From Porticoccaceae bacterium (GTDB lineage Bacteria; Pseudomonadota; Gammaproteobacteria; Pseudomonadales; Porticoccaceae): a stretch of DNA of 64,000 nt. The stretch is from positions 3,169 through 67,168 of the forward strand of contig JBFIEE010000008.1 of assembly GCA_041603535.1 (NCBI GenBank). Direction: 5' to 3'. The notes below the pieces were generated by a model. The model worked only from the letters and a program-made list of their open reading frames with translations. It had not been told where the DNA came from and ran no database searches. Positions 40,340 to 52,975 of the stretch are shown here, piece by piece. Within the stretch, counting starts at the first letter, position 1. Every line of letters begins with the position of its first letter. Position numbers and translations under genes: made by a program.

Positions 40340-43300
40340 ATGCGCCTCAAATGTATTAAACTTGCCGGATTCAAGTCTTTTGTTGATCCTACGACCGTGG
40401 CCTTTCCCAGCAATCTTTGCGCGGTGGTCGGTCCCAATGGCTGTGGCAAGTCCAATATCATTGACGCAGTGCGCTGGGTGATGGGTGAAAGCTCCGTTAA
40501 ACAACTGCGCGGCGAATCCATGGCGGATGTTATTTTTAACGGCTCCAGCGGTCGGAAACCGGTGGGGCAGGCCGCCATTGAGCTGATTTTTGATAATTCT
40601 GATGCGACGCTGGGCGGTGAGTACGCATCCTACGGCGAAATTTCAGTGCGGCGCACGGTCTCGCGTGACGGGCAGTCAAACTACTTTCTCAACAATAGCA
40701 AATGCCGACGTCGCGATATCACCGATGTGTTTCTTGGCACTGGCCTGGGGCCGCGTAGCTATTCGATTATCGAACAGGGCATGATCTCCAATCTGATTGA
40801 GTCGCGACCCGAAGACCTGCGCGGCTATATCGAAGAGGCAGCCGGTATTTCCAAATACAAGGAACGCCGCAAAGATACTGAAAGCCGTATTCGGCGTACC
40901 CGCGAAAACCTCGAACGCCTGACAGATATTCGCGAGGAGCTGGCGCGACAGCTGCAACGGCTTGAGCGGCAATCCCGTGCGGCAGAAAAATATACCGAAC
41001 TGAAGCGGGAAGAGCGGCTGTTACGCGGACAGTTGCAGGCTCTGCGCTGGCTTGACTTCAACGCGCAGGTCGACCAGCAGAACAGGCTTATTAATGATGC
41101 GACGTTGCAGACCGAAGCACTGGTCACTGCCAAAAGTCGTTGTGATACCCAGTTGGAGAAATACCGGGTCAGCCATTCCGAAAGCAGCGAGCAATTCAGT
41201 GAAATACAGGGACGTTACTATGCCGTCGGCGCTGAAGTGGCGCGTATCGAGCAGTCCATCAAGCATGCCAGGGAGCGGGCAGAGGAATTAAAGAACGACC
41301 TGGAGCAGACACAGCGCAATTTTGCCGAATCAGAATTACATCTGGTCGAAGACAATGCCAAAGCTGAGGGCTGGCAGGCTGAGCTTGGTGAGATCGTGGC
41401 GCAGCTTGAGCAGGCGAAAAGTGCCGAGGGTTCATCAGCTGAAAAACTCAGCGTTGCGGAGAATGCCATGCGTCAATGGCAATCGAGCTGGGATGAGTTT
41501 AATGAGCGGGCCGCGAAACCCCAGCGCGAAGTGGAAGTTCAGAAATCACGTATTGAACATCTGGATACCGCAATGACTGCGCTGGTAGAGCGCGTCTCGC
41601 GACTGGCTGATGAGCAGCAGGCGTTGGATGCTAAACCGGCGGCAGTTGATACTGGCGCCATCGCCGCGCAGATAGCGGAAACAGAGGCCCGGCGACAGGC
41701 GGCCGAGGCACAACACCGAGATTTGCTGGCAGGGATTGAAAAAAACCGTCGCGACAGAACCGAAGTGGCTAGCGCATTGAGCCAGGCGCGCCAGGTGCTA
41801 CAACAGAGCCTCGGGCGGAAAGCGTCGGTCGAGGCTCTGCAAACGGCCGCATTGAATGGCGATGCGGGGCGCGAGCGGTGGTTAAGCGAGCACAACCTCG
41901 CTGGTGCGGAACGGCTGGCCAGTCAGTTGCGGGTTGACGATGGCTGGGAAACGGCCGTTGAGACAGTACTGGGTGATTTTTTGCAGGCTGTCTGCGTGGA
42001 CGACCTTACCAACAACTCTGTGGCGCTTGAAAGCTGGTCGTCGGGCAAGCTGGTGCTGGTAGACAACGCGGCTTGCAGTGCGGTTGCCTCACCCGGGAAC
42101 GTCAGTTTGGCCAGCAAAGTGGCACCCTGTGTGGTCAGTCATCTGCTGGAAAGTATCCGCACTGTTGACACGTTGCATCAGGCGACCGTGATGCGCGGTT
42201 CATTAAGCGCCAACGAGTCGGTGATCAGCCGTGACGGCCACTGGCTGGGTAGCAACTGGGTGCGGGTGACGCGCGATGATAACAACGTAAGCGGTGTCCT
42301 GTTGCGTAAGCGTGAACTGATAGAGATCGAATCCAGGGTGACTGCCCAGCAGCATGAAGTGACACAACTGGAGAGCAAACTGCAGAACAACGAGCAACAA
42401 CTGGCTGACCTGGAGCGACAGCGGGAAAAGCTGGGCGCCGAGCTGACTGTGGTGCAACGCGGGGAAACTGAGTTGAAGTCACGCCTCAATATTGCCCGGT
42501 CGCAGCTTGAGCAGGCGAGCCAGCAGCGATCGCGCATTGTCGCTGAGCGTGACGAGGCGCTGGCGCGGCAGTTGAAGGACAGGGAGGTGCTTGCGGAGGC
42601 TCGGCGTTTACTGGCAGTGGCCATAGAAACCATGGCGACGGATAACGAACATCGTGAGGAACTACTCAAGCACCGGGATCAGTGTCGTACGACGCTGGAT
42701 CGGGCCCGTCAGGCTGCGCGGCACGACCATGATCGAGTGCACGAACTGGCGATACGAGAGCGCTCGGTGGGTGCTCAGCTCGGCTCTATTCGCGAGGGTA
42801 TTACGCGTCTTCAGACCCAGCTGCAACGCCTTGGTGAACGGCAGGCCTCGCTGCTGGCCAACTACAACCGTGAAGACGATCCACGTGAACAGCTAAAGAC
42901 TGATCTGGAGCAAAAACTGGCGCAGCGTCTCGATATCGAGAAAGCGCTCGGTGAAGCGCGGCAGGCAGTTGAACAAATTGACACTGGCATGCGCGAGGTA
43001 GAGCAGCAGCGCACTCGACTTGACGACGAAATTGAGCAAAGTCGCGGCGCGCTGGAAAACCTCCGAATAGCTGCCCGTGAATTGCAGACCCGGTGTAAGA
43101 CTTTAGCAGAACAAATCACTGAGCTTCACTTTGTTCTGGAAGATCTCGTTGCGGCCATGCCGGATGGTGCGGAACAAAGTGAGTGGCAGAATCGACTGAC
43201 CCAGATGGAGAACAAAATCCAGCGCCTGGGGCCGATTAATCTCGCCGCCGTCGACGAGTACAAAGTTGAATCAGAGCGTAAATCCTATCTCGACGCTCAA

Positions 43301-43837
43301 AATGATGAGCTGGTTGAGGCGCTGGAAACGCTGGAATCCGCGATTCGTAAGATTGACCGGGAAACGCGGACCAAATTCAAGGAAACCTACGATTCAGTCA
43401 ACGGCTCCCTGCAGCAATTATTTCCAAAACTGTTTGGTGGTGGCCATGCCTATCTCGAACTCACGGGTGACGACTTGCTCGATACCGGCGTCACGATTAT
43501 GGCGCAGCCCCCCGGAAAAAAGAATACCACCATCCATTTGCTGTCGGGCGGCGAAAAAGCGCTGACCGCGATAGCATTGGTGTTTTCCATATTCAGGTTA
43601 AATCCGGCACCATTTTGTATGCTTGATGAAGTTGATGCGCCACTTGATGATGCCAATGTTGGACGTTACGCAAACATGGTAAAAGAAATGTCGGAAACGG
43701 TGCAGTTCATTTATATTACCCACAATAAACAATCCATGGAGATGGCCCATCAATTAATGGGTGTGACCATGAATGAACCAGGTGTTTCGCGGCTGGTCAG
43801 TGTTGATGTGGACGAGGCCGTAGAGTTGGCACATTAG
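40340..43837 (+). CDS. smc: Chromosome partition protein SMC
   Basis: A 1165-aa ORF with Walker A GPNGCGKSN, long coiled coils, a hinge, the C-terminal signature LSGGEKALTA and Walker B CMLDEVDAPLD. Confidence 0.95.
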   Translation: MRLKCIKLAGFKSFVDPTTVAFPSNLCAVVGPNGCGKSNIIDAVRWVMGESSVKQLRGESMADVIFNGSSGRKPVGQAAIELIFDNSDATLGGEYASYGEISVRRTVSRDGQSNYFLNNSKCRRRDITDVFLGTGLGPRSYSIIEQGMISNLIESRPEDLRGYIEEAAGISKYKERRKDTESRIRRTRENLERLTDIREELARQLQRLERQSRAAEKYTELKREERLLRGQLQALRWLDFNAQVDQQNRLINDATLQTEALVTAKSRCDTQLEKYRVSHSESSEQFSEIQGRYYAVGAEVARIEQSIKHARERAEELKNDLEQTQRNFAESELHLVEDNAKAEGWQAELGEIVAQLEQAKSAEGSSAEKLSVAENAMRQWQSSWDEFNERAAKPQREVEVQKSRIEHLDTAMTALVERVSRLADEQQALDAKPAAVDTGAIAAQIAETEARRQAAEAQHRDLLAGIEKNRRDRTEVASALSQARQVLQQSLGRKASVEALQTAALNGDAGRERWLSEHNLAGAERLASQLRVDDGWETAVETVLGDFLQAVCVDDLTNNSVALESWSSGKLVLVDNAACSAVASPGNVSLASKVAPCVVSHLLESIRTVDTLHQATVMRGSLSANESVISRDGHWLGSNWVRVTRDDNNVSGVLLRKRELIEIESRVTAQQHEVTQLESKLQNNEQQLADLERQREKLGAELTVVQRGETELKSRLNIARSQLEQASQQRSRIVAERDEALARQLKDREVLAEARRLLAVAIETMATDNEHREELLKHRDQCRTTLDRARQAARHDHDRVHELAIRERSVGAQLGSIREGITRLQTQLQRLGERQASLLANYNREDDPREQLKTDLEQKLAQRLDIEKALGEARQAVEQIDTGMREVEQQRTRLDDEIEQSRGALENLRIAARELQTRCKTLAEQITELHFVLEDLVAAMPDGAEQSEWQNRLTQMENKIQRLGPINLAAVDEYKVESERKSYLDAQNDELVEALETLESAIRKIDRETRTKFKETYDSVNGSLQQLFPKLFGGGHAYLELTGDDLLDTGVTIMAQPPGKKNTTIHLLSGGEKALTAIALVFSIFRLNPAPFCMLDEVDAPLDDANVGRYANMVKEMSETVQFIYITHNKQSMEMAHQLMGVTMNEPGVSRLVSVDVDEAVELAH

Positions 43838-43919
43838 AAAAACAGGCGAGTTGACGACGGGTGCAAACAATTAAACATATGAGCGAACTGCTGGGGTGCG
43901 CTCAGTTGCGGGTATTGGC

Positions 43920-47295
<3,376 letters not shown>

Positions 47296-47326
47296 AGCGG
47301 GAAAACGTTGATTGATCGGAGTGAAA

Positions 47327-47746
47327 ATGCAAGAAGAATCAGTGGTGTACGGATGTATTAAGGACACTGTGCATGAACAGAATGTGTCGCACCGTATACA
47401 GACCAATCGCGATGCCCTGCTGGCGTTGCCCGCAGCGGAGAGCTGGCCGCTGTTAAGTCGAGAGATGTTTGCAGCGACGGCACATGCCGCAGACATCGCG
47501 GTGCATACGGAGGTGGTCCATTTTGGCGCATCTTACCTCGGCATTGAGTACGAGTGGGGCGTCTGGATGGAGCAATTCGAAGCCCTGCTAAGCAGGATGT
47601 ACTGGGTCACCGCAACGGTGCATCTGGAAACCGAAGGATCTGGAACACATTCATTCATCTGGGAAACCACCGACGAATACCATGAGCCGGGCAACTCGGA
47701 TATCCGGCTACGTTGCGAGTGGGTGCATGAAAGTTGGCTGGGCTGA
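47327..47746 (+). CDS. Hypothetical protein (139 aa), no domain recognised
   Basis: ATG with GGAG SD 5 nt upstream, 32 nt after the ligA stop. The sequence is acidic and Trp/His-rich (YEWGVWMEQFEALLSRMYWVTATVHLE). Confidence 0.55.
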   Translation: MQEESVVYGCIKDTVHEQNVSHRIQTNRDALLALPAAESWPLLSREMFAATAHAADIAVHTEVVHFGASYLGIEYEWGVWMEQFEALLSRMYWVTATVHLETEGSGTHSFIWETTDEYHEPGNSDIRLRCEWVHESWLG

Positions 47747-47847
47747 CACGCAGACGGCAATACGTGATTTCCTGCGCGATAACGGCAGACTTTCTCCCTA
47801 CTACCCGATCGAGCCGTGGGTATGTTGGCTAAGCAAATTAAGCGTAA

Positions 47848-47873
47848 CTGCTGTGCGAGATAGGGCACAGCAG
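47848..47873 (+). terminator. Perfect 9-bp GC-rich hairpin (CTGCTGTGC-N8-GCACAGCAG) with no U-tract
   Basis: Stem at 47848-47856 and 47865-47873, loop GAGATAGG. It lies between the hypothetical gene and the MFS gene, 20 nt before ATG 47894. Confidence 0.3.
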
Positions 47874-47893
47874 CACGCGTGTGGATTGACAGT

Positions 47894-49114
47894 ATGACGG
47901 CGTATCGTCGGCTCACCAGTTTTCAGCTTTACCTCGGCTGTTTAGGCAGCAGCGCCGTAGCGATGGGTTTGCAGGTGGTCATTTTCCCGTGGCTGGTGGT
48001 TGGCGTGCTGCACGAATCCGCGGATCGCGTCGGTCTGGCCCAAATGGCGGTGATGTTGCCTAATTTGTTGCTTATTCTGGTCGGTGGCGCGTTGTCTGAT
48101 AATCGCCATCTGGGTACTTATTTGAGTAAGTTGTATCTTTTGTACCTGGTGCCTTTTGGCGTCATGCTGGCCGCCGTTTCGATGGGTCACCTCAGCTATC
48201 GCCTGTTGATTGTGTTTGGGGTCACGTACGGCGTGATTACCGCATTTATTCAACCGGCGCGGGAAAGCCTGCTGATGCAGGTGTATACCGATAACCTGCA
48301 ACGTTCGGTTGCACGCACGACGTTTATCCAGTTTGCGGCGCAAAGTGTCGGTCTGCTGGCAGCGGGGCTATTTGATCGGGTTGGGTTGCCGGTATTACTT
48401 TGCATACAGATGGCCATGTTTGTGCTCGCCGCCTGGCTGATTCGCGCCAGCCAGCCACCGGGTGTCGGTTTGTCCGCCGGGCGGAATCGCTCGCGACTGC
48501 GGATCTGGTCAGGTGTGCGGGAGGTTTGGCACCATCCACGGCTGCGGCCGCTGATGGTGGTAGTGGCTGCTACCGGCTTCCTCGGCTTTGGTGCCTATCT
48601 GGTTGCTATGCCGCTGATGACGCGAGAAATATACCAGGGAGGTGCGATATTTTATGCTGGCCTGCAATTGTGTTTTACGGTCGGCGTATTGTTTTCCAGC
48701 TTTTTATACATGCGTCTGGCGGGCGGTTTTCGGTGGCCCGGTCGGGTCATGTTGCTGAGTCTATTTGCCCGTGGATTTATAATGCTGTTCATCGCGATGC
48801 AGTTGCCTGTTTATGCCTTATTTCCGCTGGTCATCGCCTGGGGTATGTGTTCCGGTATTTCCATCAGCCTGGGCAGGGTGATGACGCATACTGAAGCGCC
48901 AGAGTCACATCGCTCCCGCATTGTGTCGATATATCAGCTCTCATTGATGGGGACCGCACCGCTCGGCGCGTGGCTCTGCGGCCACGTGATCAGCTTATGG
49001 GGCGTAATGGAGGTGTTTGCAGTGCTCGGTGGGTTGACCTTGCTCGCTTCCCTGCTCGGTATTTTTAGCCAGTTGTGGCGATTACATCCCGAAAAGCCAG
49101 CAGTGCAGCAGTAA
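47894..49114 (+). CDS. MFS transporter
   Basis: About 12 predicted TM segments, and a GGALSDNRH loop resembling the MFS motif between TM2 and TM3. The ORF opens at GTG 47879. Confidence 0.8.
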   Translation: MTAYRRLTSFQLYLGCLGSSAVAMGLQVVIFPWLVVGVLHESADRVGLAQMAVMLPNLLLILVGGALSDNRHLGTYLSKLYLLYLVPFGVMLAAVSMGHLSYRLLIVFGVTYGVITAFIQPARESLLMQVYTDNLQRSVARTTFIQFAAQSVGLLAAGLFDRVGLPVLLCIQMAMFVLAAWLIRASQPPGVGLSAGRNRSRLRIWSGVREVWHHPRLRPLMVVVAATGFLGFGAYLVAMPLMTREIYQGGAIFYAGLQLCFTVGVLFSSFLYMRLAGGFRWPGRVMLLSLFARGFIMLFIAMQLPVYALFPLVIAWGMCSGISISLGRVMTHTEAPESHRSRIVSIYQLSLMGTAPLGAWLCGHVISLWGVMEVFAVLGGLTLLASLLGIFSQLWRLHPEKPAVQQ

Positions 49115-49832
49115 CCGCCACGTTTAGCGATTCGACACCGTTACACATGGGGATGTTCAATTGATGGTGCGCCAGGGCTGTAACTGGTTGGGAAACGCCC
49201 GTTGTTTCATTGCCGAGTACGTAGATTAACGGTGCTTCGACACGAAACGAGGCCAGAGACTGGCCCTGGTTTGCGCTGAGTGTACATACGCGCGCGCCGC
49301 GGGCGACAAATTCCGGCAAGGTCTGGGCGAGGTCGTCACACCGATAGATTGGGCAGTGAAACACGCTGCCAGCGCTGGCTTTGATGACAAGGGGTGAGAG
49401 TGGCGCGCATCCTTTGGTGGGTAATAACAGACCCTGCAAAGGGCTGGCGCAGACCGAACGAATGACCATGCCCAGATTTTGCGGGTTGGTTACGTGATCA
49501 AGTGCGATCAGTTGATACCGCGACGGCGCCGAGTCGAGAAAGTCCCGATAATGTCCGTAACGGGGGCATTGCAGGTCGAGGGCAACGCCCTGATCCTGAC
49601 GCTTGTTGCCAGATATTCGAGATAGCTCATCGCGGCTGTGATAAACGATTTCTATGCTGCGTTGTTGCGCAAGCCGGGTGATCTTGTCGACGCTCGCGCC
49701 CGCTCTATTGCTTTCAGCCAGGTGCAGGCGGTAAGCGGGCACGGTTACTTCCTGCAGAGCTTCGAGCACAGGGTTGCGACCGTAAACGGTCAGTAACTGA
49801 TCAAAAAATTTCTTCCGTTCTGCGTAGGTCAT
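49065..49832 (-). CDS. TrmH/SpoU family RNA 2'-O-methyltransferase (RlmB-like)
   Basis: YGRNPVLEAL N-terminal domain, and SpoU motifs NPQNLGMVIRS, VLGNETTGVS and IPMCNGVESLNVAVTAA. Confidence 0.85.
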   Translation of the reverse strand: MTYAERKKFFDQLLTVYGRNPVLEALQEVTVPAYRLHLAESNRAGASVDKITRLAQQRSIEIVYHSRDELSRISGNKRQDQGVALDLQCPRYGHYRDFLDSAPSRYQLIALDHVTNPQNLGMVIRSVCASPLQGLLLPTKGCAPLSPLVIKASAGSVFHCPIYRCDDLAQTLPEFVARGARVCTLSANQGQSLASFRVEAPLIYVLGNETTGVSQPVTALAHHQLNIPMCNGVESLNVAVTAALLAFRDVIATTG

Positions 49833-49857
49833 GGCCGATGTCTTTTAAACCTGCTTT

Positions 49858-49915
49858 GATGTCTGCGAGATTGATGTCTCAGAGATTAATGTCGGGAGAT
49901 TCATGGTCAGGGGTT
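49858..49915. repeat. 14-15-bp degenerate tandem repeat x4 (GATGTCTSMGAGATT-like)
   Basis: gatgtctgcgagatt / gatgtctcagagatt / aatgtcgggagatt / catggtcaggggtt, with partial copies on both sides (49837 and 49916). It starts about 25 nt upstream of the methyltransferase ATG (49832). Confidence 0.8.
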
Positions 49916-50100
49916 AATGGTTACCAGCCGCGCTGTGGAATCTGGCAGTTGGCGCCGGTTGCTGTATGGGCGGGCTGCATTATATACGGTTGAGCACATG
50001 GGGCAGGGCTCTTCGTTTTTCGCCGCTTCAGGGACAGTATTAAAGATCGGCATCGTCGCCCGCGCGCGTGGGCGAGCCTGTATTGTTAACACGGTTTGTC

Positions 50101-50976
50101 TCAGGAGGAAAACAGTGCGGTCATCTCGCTCAGGCGGGATTCCCTCAGCTGTTGTTGGTCCCGTGCTATGCGCACGGCAACTTTGCCGAGTTCTTTGTAG
50201 GCCGGCAGGTACTGCGGAATCTCCCTGGCGATGGCGTCGATATGTTTCGTCAATGTCTGGATGTCGCCTCGTGAAACGGGTCCAGTTAAGGCGTTGACGG
50301 AACCATTGTCACGGATATTGAGTAAGGACTGATCCATCAATGGTTGTAAGATTCGCTGGGCATCAATCGCGCCCATGCCCGCTTGCACGAGCATGTCCTG
50401 GCTGATTTGCTGTAGTGCGACGAGGTAGTTAGAAGCCACTACTGTAGCGGCGTGATAGACAGCTTTTCCGGCCGCCGAGAGCGGAATGACGCTGCTGCCG
50501 ATATTGCTGAACAGCTCGCCCAGTCTTAGTGTGGCAAGTGGATCGCCCTCAATGGTGCAGGCTGTACCGCGATAGCTGGTTAGCGATTGTGCAGGATTGG
50601 CGAAGCTGTGCACCGGATGTGCGCTTGCGACCGCCGCGCCCCTGTTTTTTAGCGGTTCGAGTAAGGTGGAGCTGTGCAAGCCACTGGCATGGAACACAAT
50701 TGTCTGTGCCCAGTCGTGCCGACAGGCCGCCAGAGAACAAGCGACTTCGCCGAGCACGTCATCCGGGGTCGCCAGCAGCCATAGTTCGGCAGACCCCATC
50801 TCCGCAAGTGACGGACTGCTTTGACCGCCGCCGCAGAATTTGACGGCAGCGGCACTGTGGGTCGCGTCGCGATTAAAGAAGTCACCAGGCTGTACCAGTT
50901 TTTGATCAACAAACAACCTGACCAGTGTGCGCCCTAGTTTTCCGGAACCGATGACATTGATGTGAGGTAATGGCAT
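50101..50976 (-). CDS. Rossmann-fold/DUF2520 domain protein (ProC-like putative oxidoreductase)
   Basis: INVIGSGKLGRTL N-terminal dinucleotide fold, and a C-terminal DUF2520-like segment LTGPVSRGD. Confidence 0.7.
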   Translation of the reverse strand: MPLPHINVIGSGKLGRTLVRLFVDQKLVQPGDFFNRDATHSAAAVKFCGGGQSSPSLAEMGSAELWLLATPDDVLGEVACSLAACRHDWAQTIVFHASGLHSSTLLEPLKNRGAAVASAHPVHSFANPAQSLTSYRGTACTIEGDPLATLRLGELFSNIGSSVIPLSAAGKAVYHAATVVASNYLVALQQISQDMLVQAGMGAIDAQRILQPLMDQSLLNIRDNGSVNALTGPVSRGDIQTLTKHIDAIAREIPQYLPAYKELGKVAVRIARDQQQLRESRLSEMTALFSS

Positions 50977-51001
50977 GGGTCTGGTTAGTGTTTCGCGAGT
51001 G

Positions 51002-51763
51002 CTAACCCGCTATTCGCTTTAACAGCATTTTATAGGCCTGCACAGCGCTGTGCAGGCCTATGTCGATAGCGTCAATGATCAGGGCATGACCAATTGAGAC
51101 TTCCAGCAACCCGGGCACAGTTGCAAATGTCGCCAGATTCTCGAGATTAAGATCATGGCCAGCGTTGACGCCCAGGTCAACCTCTGTGGCATAGCGTGCT
51201 GCCGCGCGGTAACGATCAAAGACCTGGTCGCGCAGCTGTGGGTCTGACCGCGCAGCTGCGTAGGGGCCGGTGTATAGCTCGATGCGATCTACACCGAGTT
51301 GCCGGGCTAGTTCTATCTGTGAAATATCCGCATCCATAAAAAGACTGACCCGCGTGCCCAGGTACTGTAGACGAGCGACAATTGGTGCCAGTTGGTCGGC
51401 GGTTTTGGTGAGATCGAAACCGTGGTCCGAGGTCAGTTGATTATTGGTATCGGGTACCAGTGTGCATTGTTGGGGTTGTGTTTGTTCAACCAGGGGTAGT
51501 AAGCCAGGGTAATTGCCCCGCGGTGCGGCGAAGGGGTTGCCTTCGATATTGAATTCTATGCCCGCAAATTGGTGGGTGAGCTGCGCCAGTTGGACAACGT
51601 CACCTGGCCTTATGTGGCGCTGATCGGGGCGAGGGTGCACCGTAATGCCATCGGCGCCCGCCTCAATGCAGCGCCGCGCGTGGCTGGCGAGATCCGGATT
51701 ATTCCCCGCCCGGGAATTGCGGATCAGGGCAATTTTGTTGACGTTGACGCTGAGTGCGATCAT
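51002..51763 (-). CDS. pdxJ: Pyridoxine 5'-phosphate synthase
   Basis: LSVNVNKIALIRNSR, HPRPDQRHI, EFNIEGNP and NAGHDLN are PdxJ hallmarks. Confidence 0.93.
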   Translation of the reverse strand: MIALSVNVNKIALIRNSRAGNNPDLASHARRCIEAGADGITVHPRPDQRHIRPGDVVQLAQLTHQFAGIEFNIEGNPFAAPRGNYPGLLPLVEQTQPQQCTLVPDTNNQLTSDHGFDLTKTADQLAPIVARLQYLGTRVSLFMDADISQIELARQLGVDRIELYTGPYAAARSDPQLRDQVFDRYRAAARYATEVDLGVNAGHDLNLENLATFATVPGLLEVSIGHALIIDAIDIGLHSAVQAYKMLLKRIAG

Positions 51764-51807
51764 CCGTTTTGTTCCTCAGCGCAGCGTAGCGATGCCCAGG
51801 TTGATCG

Positions 51808-52470
51808 TCAGGCCCATTCGGAATAGCCACGGCTCCGACGTCGCATGCGGGGCAACAGGATGGCAAGCAATGCCCCCATCACCACTGCGAGCGCGCCGTA
51901 GAAAAACCACTTCTGGGCATTGTTGTCGGTCAGGCGCTCGGTGGTTGCGGTTAAAACATCTATCTCGTTTTGCAGCATTTTATTTTGTTTGATGAGTTCC
52001 TGGTTTTGCGCATGCAAGGTCAATGTGTCAGTGGAAATCTCCCGTATTTCTGCCAGCTCTGCGGCCATTGCGTTGTTGTCTTCCTGCAGGGCGACGAGTT
52101 CATCCTGCAGCAGATTGAGTTCTGTTTCGGACTCCTCGAGACTGCTCCCAATACGCGCGTCTCGAGTTTTGATAGCTTCGTGGCGTTTCCGTAGCTCGGC
52201 GAGCTGCGTACGAGCTATGGGCTCGTCGACCAGATACTGACTTTCCATCCAGCCTTCAAGGCCGCCCGGCGTGGAGACATGGCTCCAGCCGTCCGCTGTT
52301 TCGATAACGGTTAGTTTCAGGCCTGATTTGAGGCCGTTATGCAAAATAGCGCAGTTGCCGCAGGGGCTTTTACGTAGCGGCACGCGCAGTTCGTCGTTGA
52401 TGTAGCGTATTGTCGCCAGTGCAGGGCCTGCGGTCACTAGCAGTATTAACAGGTAGACAAGTCTGTACAT
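51808..52470 (-). CDS. Bacterial SH3-domain protein with coiled coil and C-terminal TM anchor (TIGR04211/YgiM-like)
   Basis: Signal peptide MYRLVYLLILLVTAGPALA, an SH3b segment, a coiled coil and a C-terminal TM helix. The ORF extension to 52572 runs through a tandem repeat and is judged non-coding. Confidence 0.75.
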   Translation of the reverse strand: MYRLVYLLILLVTAGPALATIRYINDELRVPLRKSPCGNCAILHNGLKSGLKLTVIETADGWSHVSTPGGLEGWMESQYLVDEPIARTQLAELRKRHEAIKTRDARIGSSLEESETELNLLQDELVALQEDNNAMAAELAEIREISTDTLTLHAQNQELIKQNKMLQNEIDVLTATTERLTDNNAQKWFFYGALAVVMGALLAILLPRMRRRSRGYSEWA

Positions 52471-52537
52471 ATTTCCTGGCCTTGAGTTCCGTTGCATTGG
52501 TTTCAGTGGTGTTGCGAGTTCGGTCGTGCGGGGTTTG

Positions 52538-52582
52538 GCCGAGCCGGGTTTAGCCGAGCCGGGTTCAGCCAAGCTGAGTCTG
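52538..52582. repeat. 15-bp tandem repeat x3 (GCCGAGCCGGGTTYA)
   Basis: gccgagccgggttta / gccgagccgggttca / gccaagctgagtctg, 68-112 bp upstream of the SH3 gene start. Confidence 0.85.
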
Positions 52583-52675
52583 GCGCCTTAAGACGGAGAG
52601 CTGCCGCGTTAAATCGTGTCACGCAGGCACGTGTCACACAGGCCATGGAAATAGTATTGGTTTGAGTCAAATCCA

Positions 52676-52975
52676 TTACGGCAATACCTTTTTGAACGGC
52701 TTGACGGTGACCGATGCGTAGACGCCTGCGGCGAGATAAGGATCGGCATCGGCCCATGTCCGGGCCTCATCCTCACAGGCAAATTCGGCAATAATAATGC
52801 TGCCGGTAAAGCCCGCTGCGCCGGGATCACTTGCCGCGATAGCCGGGTTGGGGCCGGCAACCAATAACCGCCCAGCTTGCTGCAGGGCTTCCAGGCGCGC
52901 CAGGTGCGCTGGCCGAGCCCCTTGCCGTAACGGCAGGCTGTTGCCAATGTCTTCGCATACAATACTGAACCACAT
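52676..52975 (-). CDS. yciI: YciI family protein
   Basis: A 99-aa ORF with the YciI-like pattern ...[11 protein letters not shown]...GRLLVAGP...GSIIIAEF...[10 protein letters not shown]. Confidence 0.85.
   Translation of the reverse strand: MWFSIVCEDIGNSLPLRQGARPAHLARLEALQQAGRLLVAGPNPAIAASDPGAAGFTGSIIIAEFACEDEARTWADADPYLAAGVYASVTVKPFKKVLP

Noticed and set aside
40590-43656. Many long ORFs within and antisense to smc, for example 40825-41133, 41539-41895, 42178-42669 and 42862-43119. Similar ORFs lie inside other genes.
   Set aside because: They have low-complexity Ser/Arg/Ala/Cys-rich translations, which is typical of the non-coding frames of GC-rich genes. Each is fully contained in a gene with a strong homology-based call.
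50056-50075. The hairpin TCGCCC-N8-GGGCGA downstream of the DUF2520 gene could be a terminator.
   Set aside because: The stem is only 6 bp with a GC-only loop, and no U-tract follows on the minus strand. The evidence is too weak to call.
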